In this document: positions 38,745 through 48,560 of the stretch, in pieces | Layout of the letters: every line of letters begins with the position of its first letter | Position numbering within the stretch: position 1 is the first letter of the stretch | Origin: Candidatus Aminicenantes bacterium | GTDB taxonomy: Bacteria; Acidobacteriota; Aminicenantia; Aminicenantales; JAFGBC01 | Direction: 5' to 3' | Length of the DNA stretch: 64,000 nt | Assembly: GCA_963702005.1 (NCBI GenBank) | Contig: OY969696.1 | Span: forward strand, 2,304,001 to 2,368,000 | Notes under the pieces: generated by a model | Databases searched by the model: none | The model's input: only the letters and a program-made list of their open reading frames with translations | Told to the model about the DNA's origin: nothing | Program-made: the position numbers and the translations under genes

Positions 38745-41168
38745 ATGAAGCCGGCGAAACGCGAACGCATTCTTTTTTGGAAGGCGATGGCGGCCCTGGC
38801 CGTCACGATTGTTTTGGTTCCCAGGGCTATTTTCTGCCAGGAGGGTCCCTGGAAGCTCGAGTACCCGCCCTCCGAGAGGACCGATGCCGGCATGGCCTAT
38901 GACGCGGGACAGAAACACGTGGTCCTTTTCGGGGGGGTCGCGGAGGGCCGGGTTTGCCAGGACACCTGGTTCTTCCAAAACGGAATCTGGTCACGGTTTT
39001 CCGGACAACCCTCGGGTCCCTGCCCTTCGGCGCGGGGCCGTTTCGCCATCTGCTATAACAAGGCCAGGGGCGAAACGATGGTTTTCGGGGGATCAGCCTA
39101 CGGATTCCTTCTCGACGATCTGTGGCTGTTCAAGAACGGCTGGGCGAAAGCCGTGGTGACGGGAGGCCCCTCGGCCCGCGAGGGAGCCGCGATGGCCTTC
39201 AACAGCCAATCCGGGGCCGTCGTTCTCTTCGGCGGCCGATCCGCCGCGGGTCTTGAGAATGACACATGGAAATATTTGAACGGCGGCTGGACGAAATTGA
39301 ACGTTTCCGGAGCTCCGCCGGCCCGCTGGCGGCACGCCTTGGTCTATGATTCCGTCCGCGGGGAGTTCATCCTCTACGGCGGCTTAGCCGCCGCCGCCCT
39401 GAACGATACCTGGGTCTTGAAGGGAAACGCCTGGACGAGAATCAGCGGTTCGAGCCCCGGGGCGAGGTCTGCCCACGGCATGGCGTTCGACTCGGTAAAC
39501 CGGCGGATCGTGCTCTACGGAGGCGCCAACGGGGCGAAGCTCCTCGGCGACACCTGGGAGTTCAAGGGCGGGACGTGGAACAAGATCGCGGGGCCGGCGC
39601 CGTCGGCCCGGGCCGGGGTCGCCATGGCCTACGACGCGGAGGCGGACCAGGTCCTCCTCTATGGAGGATGGCGGGGCACGAAGCTTCTCCAGTCGGATAC
39701 CTGGACGTTCAAGAATAACAAATGGGTTCGTATCGACCGTCCGGGCCCGGAGGCGAGGTTCCAGCACGGTCTGGCCTATGACGCATCGCGCAAGAAGCTG
39801 ATCCTGTTCGGCGGTGTGTCGGGATCGGAGGCATCTTATTATAGCCTGACCTTCTACGCCGACACCTGGGAGCGGGACGCATACGGATGGACGAAGCTCG
39901 CGGTCAGCGGTCCCTCGGCGCGGCGGGCCCCCTCGATGGCCTATGACGAGTCGTCGAAGGTCGTCCTCCTCCACGGCGGGCTGGACGCCCAATGGCACGA
40001 CCTGACGGATACCTGGACGTTAAACGGCCTGATCTGGACCCTGGCAGCCAAGAACGGGCCGGCCACCTCGGGAGCCATGGCCTACTATCCGAAGCTGGGG
40101 GCGGTCGTTCTTTTGGACAGGAAATGCCGCACCTATAAGTGGCAGTCCGGGGCCTGGGCTCAGATCACGACGTCCGTCTATCCCGAATCCGACGACGCGG
40201 ATATCTCCGGCGCGGCCATGGTCTATGATGCCCGCCGGGACGTCCTGGTCCTGTTCGGCGGGGAAGGCACTGAGCTGAGCCGGAACTGGCCCCCGCTCTT
40301 CGACACGGTTTGGGAATTCGACGGGACCGACTGGTCCTCGCACGTCAAGGCGACGGCATTCGCTGGGGCCGGAGATTGGCCCCGGAAAAGAGCCGGGCAT
40401 GTTCTTCTCTATGATTCCGCTCGGAAGCGGGTCGTCGTCTCGCAAGGGAAGACGACCTGCTCGGACCCCAACAACGACAACGAATATTACAGTTACCGCT
40501 GGCTCGTCCTGAACGACACCTGGAGTTGGGACGGAGCGGGCTGGACGCTGCTGACGCAGACCGGCCCCGCGCGCGACGGATCGGCCGGCGTCTACGATGC
40601 CGGCGCGGGCGCCTGGACGATGTTCGGCGGAAGGGATTTCGGGGCCGCCCTCAACCTCTTCCACAGCACGGGCCTCCGGGATCACGACGATCTCGTCGTC
40701 TTGAAGCCGCCGCTCCCCGCCGCGGGGACATTCGACCTGGGGATCTCGGCCTTGAGCCTGTCCAAGCTCGTTTGGGAATCCGGCGACCAGGTCAAAGCGA
40801 GCGTCGGGGTCGGCAACCGCGGCGCCTCGGCTTCGCGTCCGACGTTCGTCTGGCTGTACGCGTCCCTCGACGACGTCATCGGCGACGACGATATCCTGCT
40901 TTCCAAGGCCGCGCTTTCCTCGATCCCGGCCGGCGGCGCGCTCCAAGTTAAGCTGAATATCTCCGTCAACAACCTTCAGGCGGCCGTGCCGGCGGGCCTT
41001 TACAACTACGACAACAGCCTTTATTTTTATGTCGGCGCGATCGTCGACAGGTTCGAACAGTCCCGGGACGCCGCGCTCGCCGATAACGTCCGCTTCCTCA
41101 GCGACAACATCACTCTCAAAAAGCCGGGGTCCTCGATAGCGCTCCGTCCGGCCAGGGAGAGCCATTAA
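38745..41168 (+). CDS. Secreted Kelch-repeat protein with C-terminal CARDB-like domain
   Basis: About 11-12 PSAR...MAYD...LFGG...DTW repeats; Ig-like tail (V.N.G, Y.S.D). Confidence 0.85.
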   Translation: MKPAKRERILFWKAMAALAVTIVLVPRAIFCQEGPWKLEYPPSERTDAGMAYDAGQKHVVLFGGVAEGRVCQDTWFFQNGIWSRFSGQPSGPCPSARGRFAICYNKARGETMVFGGSAYGFLLDDLWLFKNGWAKAVVTGGPSAREGAAMAFNSQSGAVVLFGGRSAAGLENDTWKYLNGGWTKLNVSGAPPARWRHALVYDSVRGEFILYGGLAAAALNDTWVLKGNAWTRISGSSPGARSAHGMAFDSVNRRIVLYGGANGAKLLGDTWEFKGGTWNKIAGPAPSARAGVAMAYDAEADQVLLYGGWRGTKLLQSDTWTFKNNKWVRIDRPGPEARFQHGLAYDASRKKLILFGGVSGSEASYYSLTFYADTWERDAYGWTKLAVSGPSARRAPSMAYDESSKVVLLHGGLDAQWHDLTDTWTLNGLIWTLAAKNGPATSGAMAYYPKLGAVVLLDRKCRTYKWQSGAWAQITTSVYPESDDADISGAAMVYDARRDVLVLFGGEGTELSRNWPPLFDTVWEFDGTDWSSHVKATAFAGAGDWPRKRAGHVLLYDSARKRVVVSQGKTTCSDPNNDNEYYSYRWLVLNDTWSWDGAGWTLLTQTGPARDGSAGVYDAGAGAWTMFGGRDFGAALNLFHSTGLRDHDDLVVLKPPLPAAGTFDLGISALSLSKLVWESGDQVKASVGVGNRGASASRPTFVWLYASLDDVIGDDDILLSKAALSSIPAGGALQVKLNISVNNLQAAVPAGLYNYDNSLYFYVGAIVDRFEQSRDAALADNVRFLSDNITLKKPGSSIALRPARESH

Positions 41169-41271
41169 TCAGCGTTGTCGAAATCGAGAGATTATGGCCG
41201 TATCGCCCAAAAGCGAAGGAAAAATCATGGGGGGGGCGATTCGCCCCGGAAACTCAAGGAGGAGGCTTCGT

Positions 41272-42711
41272 ATGAAAAAGGCATTCATTTTTGGAGGACT
41301 CCTGTTCTGCGTTGCGGCAGCGGCCTCCTTGCAGGCCCAATGGGCCAAGACCTACGGCGGGAAGGGGGACGACCGGGCTTGGTCCGTGATCCAGGACGCA
41401 TCCGGGAATTTTGTCCTGGCCGGGATGAGCGAGTCCTTCGGGAACGGGCAGAGGAACATCTGGATTCTGAAATTGTCGTCTCAGGGCAAGGTCCTCTGGC
41501 AAAGAACGTACGCCAGCGACTCTTCCCCAAACCCGAGCGTCACCGACGAGGCGTTTTCGATCGATCTGGCCGGGGACGGGCGGTATATCATAGCCGGAAC
41601 AACAACGGATATAGACAGGTATTCTGATACACGAGGCAGGTATTATCCTTATATCGATTACCTCAAGCTCAGGACGGACGGCGCCGTTCATTGGCAGAAG
41701 AAGGTGCCGCCGATCATTAATATTCCCGACCGGGCCATTTGGCAAACGACTTTGGAATCGGCCCGTTGCCTTCGCCGGTCAGGCGACGGCAGCTTTATCC
41801 TGGTCGGCCAACTCCAGTGGGGAGAACTCCACGATTTTATCCACTGGCGTACTTATGCTCCTGAAGTTTACGCCTTAAAAATAGATAGCCAGGGAATCGT
41901 CAGGTTCAGGAAGACTTATGGGAGTAGCCTCACAACGGACGATTCCGCGCTCTCGGCCGTCCCCCTCCCGGCGGGCGGATATTTGATCTCCGGCCGGGCG
42001 AAGCTGGCCGGGAGACACGATTACGAGTTTTTACTCCTCAAGATCGGCTACTCGGGGGACGTCGATTGGTCATATTCCTACGGCGGCGCCGGAACCGATG
42101 AAGCGCAGGAGATAGCCCTGACCGATGATGGGGGCTGCGTCCTGGCCGGGCCGACCAACTCGTTCGGGTCGGGAGGCTATGACGCCTGGATCCTCAAGCT
42201 CGACGACTCGGGGCAGATTCAGTGGCAGAAAGCCTACGGCGGTCCCAAGGACGATTATGCTCACGCCATACAGAAGACTTGGGACGGCGGCTATATCGTG
42301 GCCGGCTCGACGTCATCCTTCGGGTCGGGCAATGAGGACGCCTGGGTCTTCAAGCTGGATAAGGACGGGAATCTCGTTTGGGAGAAGACCTACGGGGGGA
42401 AGGGCCTGGACGGGGCCTGGGCCGTCCGGGAGATAAGGCCGAGCGGATATCTCGTTGTCGGGAAGGCGGCTTCTTATGGGGCGGGCGGAGACGACGCCCT
42501 GGTATTAAGGCTGGATAAGAACGGCAACATCGATGCTTCATGCGGGTCCTTTATCGGGACCTCGGCGGCCAAGGTCAAGAAGACGAAGTGTTCCCCCAAT
42601 CCGATGTCGATGGGAGTGTCCGAACATAGTAACGGGCCGTTTGAATTCTCGGCGGATTTAATTCGGTTTCCCGCCAAGGGCTCGCCGACCGTCATCTGCA
42701 AGAAAAAGTGA
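41272..42711 (+). CDS. Secreted beta-propeller (W-x-K-T-Y-G-G repeats), paralog 1
   Basis: Signal peptide; about 8 repeats of WxKxYGG..D......DGGY..AG. Confidence 0.8.
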   Translation: MKKAFIFGGLLFCVAAAASLQAQWAKTYGGKGDDRAWSVIQDASGNFVLAGMSESFGNGQRNIWILKLSSQGKVLWQRTYASDSSPNPSVTDEAFSIDLAGDGRYIIAGTTTDIDRYSDTRGRYYPYIDYLKLRTDGAVHWQKKVPPIINIPDRAIWQTTLESARCLRRSGDGSFILVGQLQWGELHDFIHWRTYAPEVYALKIDSQGIVRFRKTYGSSLTTDDSALSAVPLPAGGYLISGRAKLAGRHDYEFLLLKIGYSGDVDWSYSYGGAGTDEAQEIALTDDGGCVLAGPTNSFGSGGYDAWILKLDDSGQIQWQKAYGGPKDDYAHAIQKTWDGGYIVAGSTSSFGSGNEDAWVFKLDKDGNLVWEKTYGGKGLDGAWAVREIRPSGYLVVGKAASYGAGGDDALVLRLDKNGNIDASCGSFIGTSAAKVKKTKCSPNPMSMGVSEHSNGPFEFSADLIRFPAKGSPTVICKKK

Positions 42712-42954
42712 TAGAAATTCCGATCGACTCTCGCCCCTTACTATCCTTGATTTTACAGGCGAGACGGTGGAAAGGTTGGGGCAAAGACAAGCTTTTATAT
42801 CTCCGTGAGGCCTTTGACCCGGCCTCTAAGCCCGATGGGCGGCCCTGTCTAATGTCGAATCTTGACATCCCGACCGAAAAGGCCCATTAATAAAAGAGAA
42901 AGGGAAGAGGGGCGTAGCTCCGAAGACGGAGATTACTTAATTTTTGGGGGGAGC

Positions 42955-44343
42955 ATGAAAAACAAAGTGTTCGCGTTGGGAATTTTGCTTTGCTTGGGCG
43001 CGTCGATATCTCTTCAAGCCCAATGGGCTAAGACCTTCGGCGGAAAAAGGAATGACCGGGCCTGGTCCGTGATCCAGGACGCGGACGGGAATTTCGTCCT
43101 GGCCGGGACGGCCGAATCCTTCGGGAAGGGGACGAAGGATATGTGGATTTTTAAATTATCCCCCGAGGGCAAGATTTTCTGGCAAAGAACCTACGGTGAT
43201 AACCCCTACTGGGCACCGAACGATGAGGCGTTTTCGATTCAGCTGACCAGGGACGGGCGATATATCGTGGCGGGAATTACGGAGGACTCCATCGACTACC
43301 TCAAGTTTAAAACCAGCGGCGAGATTGATTGGCAGAAATATGTACCGCAGATGGGGTATCACGATCCAGAACTGGAATACTGGAGCGAGGAATCGGCTCA
43401 GTGCATTCGTCAATCCGCGGACGGCTGTTATATCGCCGTCGGCTCTCTGTGCTGGGCTTGGCGGTGGCTTTGGACCGGAAAACACGGAGAAACCAGTCCC
43501 GGCGTCTACGCCGTAAAAACGGATAGCCGGGGAGCCATCAAGTTCCGGAAAAACTACGGGGGGAACGGCTCCGCGACCTCGGTCGCCGCCGTTCCGGGCG
43601 GAGGATATCTCATGGCCGGCTGGACGAAGTCGTTCGGGATGGGCGATTCTGATTTTTGGCTTCTTAGGATCGATTACACGGGCGAGCTGATTTGGCAATA
43701 TTCCTATGGGGGCATCGGAACAGACGAGGCTCATGACATGGCTTTGACGGCCGACGGGGGCTGCATCCTGGCCGGTCCGACCCGGTCATTCGGGGCCGGC
43801 GGCAACGACGCCTGGGTGATCAAGCTTGACGCTGCGGGCAAGATCCAATGGCAGAAAGCTTATGGAGGCCCTAAGGACGATTATGCCCACGCCATCCGAA
43901 AGACCCGAGACGGAGGCTACATCGTGGCCGGCTCGACTTCGTCGTTCGGGGCGGGCGATTACGATGCCTGGGTCTTCAAGCTGGATAAGAACGGCAATCT
44001 CGTCTGGCAAAAAACATATGGCGGGAAGAAATACGACGGCGCTTGGTCCGTCCAGGAAATCAAGCCGAGCGGCTATATCGTGGCCGGCAAGACGGCCTCC
44101 TACGGCGCGGGCGGGGACGACGACCTGGTGCTAAGGTTGGATAAGAATGGGAACATCGACGCCTCCTGCGCAAGTTTTATCGGCCTTTCCAAGGCTATCG
44201 TTACAACAACGAAATGTTCGGCCAACCGGACGACGACGAGCCTCACAAACTATGTTTATGATTATTTTTTTGGGAATGACGCGCACCTTCTTCGACTCCC
44301 GGCCAAGGGCTCGCCGACGGTCATCTGCAAAAAAGCCCAGTGA
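42955..44343 (+). CDS. Secreted beta-propeller (W-x-K-T-Y-G-G repeats), paralog 2
   Basis: Colinear with upstream paralog; shared PAKGSPTVICKK end. Confidence 0.8.
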   Translation: MKNKVFALGILLCLGASISLQAQWAKTFGGKRNDRAWSVIQDADGNFVLAGTAESFGKGTKDMWIFKLSPEGKIFWQRTYGDNPYWAPNDEAFSIQLTRDGRYIVAGITEDSIDYLKFKTSGEIDWQKYVPQMGYHDPELEYWSEESAQCIRQSADGCYIAVGSLCWAWRWLWTGKHGETSPGVYAVKTDSRGAIKFRKNYGGNGSATSVAAVPGGGYLMAGWTKSFGMGDSDFWLLRIDYTGELIWQYSYGGIGTDEAHDMALTADGGCILAGPTRSFGAGGNDAWVIKLDAAGKIQWQKAYGGPKDDYAHAIRKTRDGGYIVAGSTSSFGAGDYDAWVFKLDKNGNLVWQKTYGGKKYDGAWSVQEIKPSGYIVAGKTASYGAGGDDDLVLRLDKNGNIDASCASFIGLSKAIVTTTKCSANRTTTSLTNYVYDYFFGNDAHLLRLPAKGSPTVICKKAQ

Positions 44344-44405
44344 GGGAATTCCCCTGCGTTGCTTCTTTCAGACTCGGGACGAGGGAAGAAAAGCGGGGGG
44401 AGGGA

Positions 44406-44669
44406 TTAGCAGCAGGAAGGGCTGCCGTCGCAATTCCCGCCCCGGGCGACGGCATAGGCGCAGCCGACTCCAGGATTGACCGCGACCGCGGCGAAGGGGC
44501 AGTTCCGGCTGCAGGCACCGCATTCCATGCAGGCGTCCCGGTCGGCGATTGCGACCTTGCCGTTCGAGGCCGTCAGCACGCCGTGGGGGCAGACATCCAG
44601 GCAGCGGAGGCAGCCGGTGCACTTGGACTCATCCAAGCTCAAGGTCACGACGTTCTTTAAATACTTCAT
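44406..44669 (-). CDS. hgcB: Mercury methylation ferredoxin
   Basis: Two CX2CX2CX3C motifs incl. CMECGAC, GVGCA, terminal CC; directly after hgcA. Confidence 0.95.
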   Translation of the reverse strand: MKYLKNVVTLSLDESKCTGCLRCLDVCPHGVLTASNGKVAIADRDACMECGACSRNCPFAAVAVNPGVGCAYAVARGGNCDGSPSCC

Positions 44670-44676
44670 GGGAGCC

Positions 44677-45693
44677 TCAGGATATAAAGGAGATTACGAT
44701 CCCGGCCAGGATCAGGATCGACAGCACGGGGACGGCGATCCTCATCTCTTTTTTGACGCCGGACAAGGACGTGAATGTCGATGAGCCGGTGAAGAAGAGC
44801 GAGAGGAACGAGGCGATGGCCGGAAGGATGGCAAGTTGGGCCGCCGTGCCCGTCGCTCCGAACCGGAATACGCGCGTGTAGATCAAGGCGGCGACAAAGC
44901 CGAAAAGCCAGCCTTTGAAGGCGAAGGATCGGCCCGGGATCCAGGGAAGGAGCGCGGGAACGATGATCGCCCCGGCCAGGATCGCTCCGGCGTAGGGGAG
45001 GAAGGCCGTCCCCAAGTTCCAATTCGCGGCGCCCGCGGACAGATGATGCCGCAGCCAGAGAAAGCCCAGGATGGGAAGCGCGACCATCCATGCATGGAAG
45101 AGCTCGATCGGCGTCAGGGCGAGCCGATCCTTGAAGCCGAAAGTGACTCTCCGCATGGCGGGATCGGCCAGGCATCCCCGGCGAAGGAATTCGGGGAGGT
45201 CGGCGGCCCGGACCGGCCCGTAGACGACCTTGAAACCCGTGAGCCGCGTGACTTCATGGGCCGCGACGCCGGGGGCTGAGAGCTGGGGCAGGATGAGCCG
45301 GCGGTGACGGACGAGCCCCGGGACTCCGCAGGCCAGCAACCTTTGGGAGACCTCTCCCGCCGAGAAAGTCCCCTTGCCCGCGGCGCACCAGACGTTGATG
45401 CCCTTGGTATCGACGACCAGGATCCAGGCGTCGATCCCGGCCAGCCGGGTCCGGAGGCGGTCGAAGCTGATCCTGTAATTGGCGCTGACCAGGACGGGGG
45501 AGTCGGGATCAGGGGCGCCGACGGCGTAAAGCCCCGGCGCGATCGTATAGCGCATCCGGAAATAGCCCCAGCGGGCGAGGACGTTGCGAATCCGCTCCAG
45601 GAGTCTGAGCCGGACCGATACGACAGGGATCGAGCCCGACCCCGTTGCCAGCTTGCTGATGATGAATCCAGGAATCTTGCCTGATCGTCTCAT
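44677..45693 (-). CDS. hgcA: Mercury methylation corrinoid protein
   Basis: Cap-helix GINVWCAAGK, C-terminal TM domain, FTGSSTFTSLSGV. Confidence 0.96.
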   Translation of the reverse strand: MRRSGKIPGFIISKLATGSGSIPVVSVRLRLLERIRNVLARWGYFRMRYTIAPGLYAVGAPDPDSPVLVSANYRISFDRLRTRLAGIDAWILVVDTKGINVWCAAGKGTFSAGEVSQRLLACGVPGLVRHRRLILPQLSAPGVAAHEVTRLTGFKVVYGPVRAADLPEFLRRGCLADPAMRRVTFGFKDRLALTPIELFHAWMVALPILGFLWLRHHLSAGAANWNLGTAFLPYAGAILAGAIIVPALLPWIPGRSFAFKGWLFGFVAALIYTRVFRFGATGTAAQLAILPAIASFLSLFFTGSSTFTSLSGVKKEMRIAVPVLSILILAGIVISFIS

Positions 45694-46175
45694 GCTTTCT
45701 TCCTTACGGCCGCCGTTTTAGGCCCGGTCGCCGGGCAGCAAGCCCGGCCGGGCGCCAAGGCGTCGGCGAGGAGAGCGATCGCCTCGGTGACCAGGCCTCG
45801 TTTTGCGGCGGGAATCCGTCCGAACATAGCCCTGACCTCGCGGCCTCCTTGGCGGTTGATGTCGGCCGCGGCCCGCCGTCCTCGGGCGGTCAGGGACAGG
45901 CGCTGGCTGCGCCGGTCGCCCGGTACGGCGCGCCGCTCGACCAGGCCGGCCCGGACCAAGCTCTCGATCGTCCGGCTCAGAGTGCTTTTGTCCAAGCCCA
46001 GATCGCCGGCCAGGGCCGTCACCCGGGTCTCTCCCATCTCCTCGACGGCCAGGAGGACGTGGACTTGGGCCATCGTCACTCCGCAGCAGACGGCGTCGAG
46101 GTCGAGGCTGCCGGCCATGGCCCGCTCGAGCCGGCGCAGGGAGCGGCGCAACTCCTTGAGCGTTTCCTCGTTCAA
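45690..46175 (-). CDS. MarR family regulator with two vicinal-Cys pairs
   Basis: wHTH LDKSTLSR..L...GLV.R....DRR; AVCCG and RACCP; TTG start 8 nt after GGAG; ATGA overlap with hgcA. Confidence 0.88.
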   Translation of the reverse strand: MNEETLKELRRSLRRLERAMAGSLDLDAVCCGVTMAQVHVLLAVEEMGETRVTALAGDLGLDKSTLSRTIESLVRAGLVERRAVPGDRRSQRLSLTARGRRAAADINRQGGREVRAMFGRIPAAKRGLVTEAIALLADALAPGRACCPATGPKTAAVRKKA

Positions 46176-46207
46176 GTTGTAATCTCCAATAGTTTCATTA
46201 TACAACA

Positions 46208-46236
46208 ATAATAGGGTCGGCCAGGCGCTTTGTCAA
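46208..46236 (-). promoter_or_regulatory. Sigma-70 promoter of marR-hgcAB
   Basis: TTGACA-N17-TATTAT on minus strand; imperfect palindrome just downstream. Confidence 0.7.
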
Positions 46237-46258
46237 GTGGTTTTTTGGGCGGCGGCCG

Positions 46259-46900
46259 TCAGCGCTTGGGGCGGCCGATATATATGTTGTCCTCGGCCAG
46301 GAAGGTCTCGACCCTGACAAGCTCGTAGCCGGCTTCGTCCAGACAGCGGGCCATGGCTTCCCGCGAAGTGGCCTCGCCCTTGGACTCGGATTTGGCAGGA
46401 TCGCGCTCCACGATGGCCAGGATGCCCCCGGGTTTGAGGCTGGGGAGAATCGCGACGAGGACGGCCCGGGGTTTCTCCAACTGGTGGTAGACGTTGATCA
46501 TGAAGGCGATGTCCAGGGCCGCTCGCGGCAGGAGGGGATCGTCGGACTTGCCCAGCACGGTCTCGACGTTCTGGAATTTCAGCTTTTTCGTCCGGGCCCA
46601 AAGGTGGTCGAGGACCTCGGCGTCGATGTCGTTGGCGTAGACTTTGCCCTGGGGGCCGACCCGGCGCGCCAGCCAGACCGCGACCCGCCCCGTGCCGGCC
46701 CCGACCTCGGCAATGACCATCCCGGGCTTCAGCCCGATCGCGTCCAGGATCCGCTCCGGGGGCTGGAGCTGGTTGACCCGCTTTTCCCATTCGGCTTCGA
46801 CCAGCTCCTCGTCGGATTGGGCTCTTACGGCCGGGGCGGACAGGATGGTGACGATCGAAAGTAGACACAGGGTCGTGATTGTTCGGTTCATCGCCATCAC
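46259..46900 (-). CDS. Class I SAM-dependent methyltransferase with signal peptide
   Basis: AEVGAGTG, YANDI, LKPGG. Confidence 0.85.
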   Translation of the reverse strand: MMAMNRTITTLCLLSIVTILSAPAVRAQSDEELVEAEWEKRVNQLQPPERILDAIGLKPGMVIAEVGAGTGRVAVWLARRVGPQGKVYANDIDAEVLDHLWARTKKLKFQNVETVLGKSDDPLLPRAALDIAFMINVYHQLEKPRAVLVAILPSLKPGGILAIVERDPAKSESKGEATSREAMARCLDEAGYELVRVETFLAEDNIYIGRPKR

Positions 46901-46996
46901 CTCGGTCCGGACTCCGATCCTATTTTATACCAAATGCGCATCCCATGACATCCTCCTCGATTTGCGGTTCGGTTTCCGATCCTCTACAATCGAGGC

Positions 46997-48544
46997 ATGG
47001 AGCGGCGACGGGGCGCATCGGCCGGGCCGGATGTCATCGTCATCGGCGCGGGCCTGGGCGGGCTTGCCTGCGGAGCGAAGCTCGCCCGGGCGGGCCGCCG
47101 CGTCCTCATCCTGGAACGAAAGCCCCACGCGGGCGGAACCGGCTTTTTTTTTGTGAGGAAGGGCTTTAAATTTCCGATGGGGCCGCTCGGGTTCAGCTTC
47201 CCGGACCGCGTCCGGGCCTTCCTGGCTGAAGCGGGCGCGGACGCGGCCCTGGTTTTCCGCCGCAGCCACTTCCAATTCCTCTCGCCCGCCCTCGACCTCG
47301 TCTATTCCCGCCCGCTGCCCGAGATCGAGGCGGCGCTGTCCGCCGCTTTTCCCGCCGAAGCCGCGGGCCTGGCCCGATTCATGGCTGAGCTCGACGCCTG
47401 CGTCCGGACCGTCCGTTCCGCGGCCGACCTCAACCCGGATTTCCTGGCCGGAGGGCGGCGGACGGCGGCCCTCGCGTCCGGGACGGAAGCGAGCGATTCC
47501 GGACTTAAAAGCGGGGAAGCCTGTCCTGATGTTCCTTCGGCCGAAAGGCTCGCCTTACACCTTGGCGACGCCAACCTTCGCAATTTTCTGGGTTCGATGG
47601 GGAGCGCCGAGCCGCGCCTCTCCCTTGTCCACCTTGCCTTCATGTGGGCGATCATGGCCGAAGAGGGGATCTGGTTCCCCGACGTCGGGATCCATGGGCT
47701 GACCGAGCGGCTGGAGGAAGCGTTCCTGGCGGCGGGAGGAGAGCTCCGGCTGGGGACGCCCGTCCGCGCGATCGTGACCTCGGGAGGCCGGGCGACCGGC
47801 GTCGTCACGGAGGGCGGCGAGACGATCGAAGGCGGCTGGATCGTCTCAAACGCCGACGCCAAGAGGACGCTTCTCGAACTGGCCGGGAGCGGCGCGCTCG
47901 ATCCGGCCGAGCGGGAGCGAATCCGGAGCGTCCCTTACTCGGACTCCGAGTTCTGCGTCTATCTCGGCCTCGACCCGGGCCGGGTCGACTGGAGGCGGAT
48001 GAAGGCGCGGCATCTTTTTTTCCGGAAAGGACTCCATCCCGGCCGCCCCTCCGGCCCCGAGGATTTCGAGGAGCGCGAGATCGAAATCTGCCGCTGGGGG
48101 GAAGGGACTCCGGACCTCGTTCCCGCCGGCAAAGCCGCCCTTGTCCTTCGGGTGGGCTTCCCCTACGACTATTTCGCGTCTTGGCGAACCGGGGACAAGA
48201 TGCGGCGCGTAGGCTATCGCGAATACAAGCTGGGTTTGGCCGGCAGGCTGATCGAGACCATCGAGGCCGCTCTGCCCGGGCTGTCCACAGCGGTCGAAGT
48301 CATGGAGGTGGCTACGCCCTTGACCTACCTGGACTGGGGCGGGCGGTCCTTGGGCTCGATCGCGGGTTGGGCCTGGTCGGCCGAAAGCTTGAGAGCCTTT
48401 CCTCAAAAACTCCTGGTCGAGACCTCGCTCCCCAACCTGCTCCTGGCCGGAGTCTACGCCGTCTCGGAGCTTTTCCTGGGCGGCGTCCCGACCGCCCTTC
48501 ACACCGGGCTTTTGGCCGCGGACCTCATCCTCGAACGAAGCTGA
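46997..48544 (+). CDS. Phytoene desaturase family FAD oxidoreductase
   Basis: VIGAGLGGL, VSNAD, ATPLT, GGVP. Confidence 0.82.
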   Translation: MERRRGASAGPDVIVIGAGLGGLACGAKLARAGRRVLILERKPHAGGTGFFFVRKGFKFPMGPLGFSFPDRVRAFLAEAGADAALVFRRSHFQFLSPALDLVYSRPLPEIEAALSAAFPAEAAGLARFMAELDACVRTVRSAADLNPDFLAGGRRTAALASGTEASDSGLKSGEACPDVPSAERLALHLGDANLRNFLGSMGSAEPRLSLVHLAFMWAIMAEEGIWFPDVGIHGLTERLEEAFLAAGGELRLGTPVRAIVTSGGRATGVVTEGGETIEGGWIVSNADAKRTLLELAGSGALDPAERERIRSVPYSDSEFCVYLGLDPGRVDWRRMKARHLFFRKGLHPGRPSGPEDFEEREIEICRWGEGTPDLVPAGKAALVLRVGFPYDYFASWRTGDKMRRVGYREYKLGLAGRLIETIEAALPGLSTAVEVMEVATPLTYLDWGGRSLGSIAGWAWSAESLRAFPQKLLVETSLPNLLLAGVYAVSELFLGGVPTALHTGLLAADLILERS

Positions 48545-48560
48545 GCGTCCTCCTCGCGGA

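Noticed and set aside
41272-44343. Diversity-generating retroelement TR/VR pair
   Set aside because: Differences include indels and all base types rather than adenine-specific changes; no reverse transcriptase in the window.
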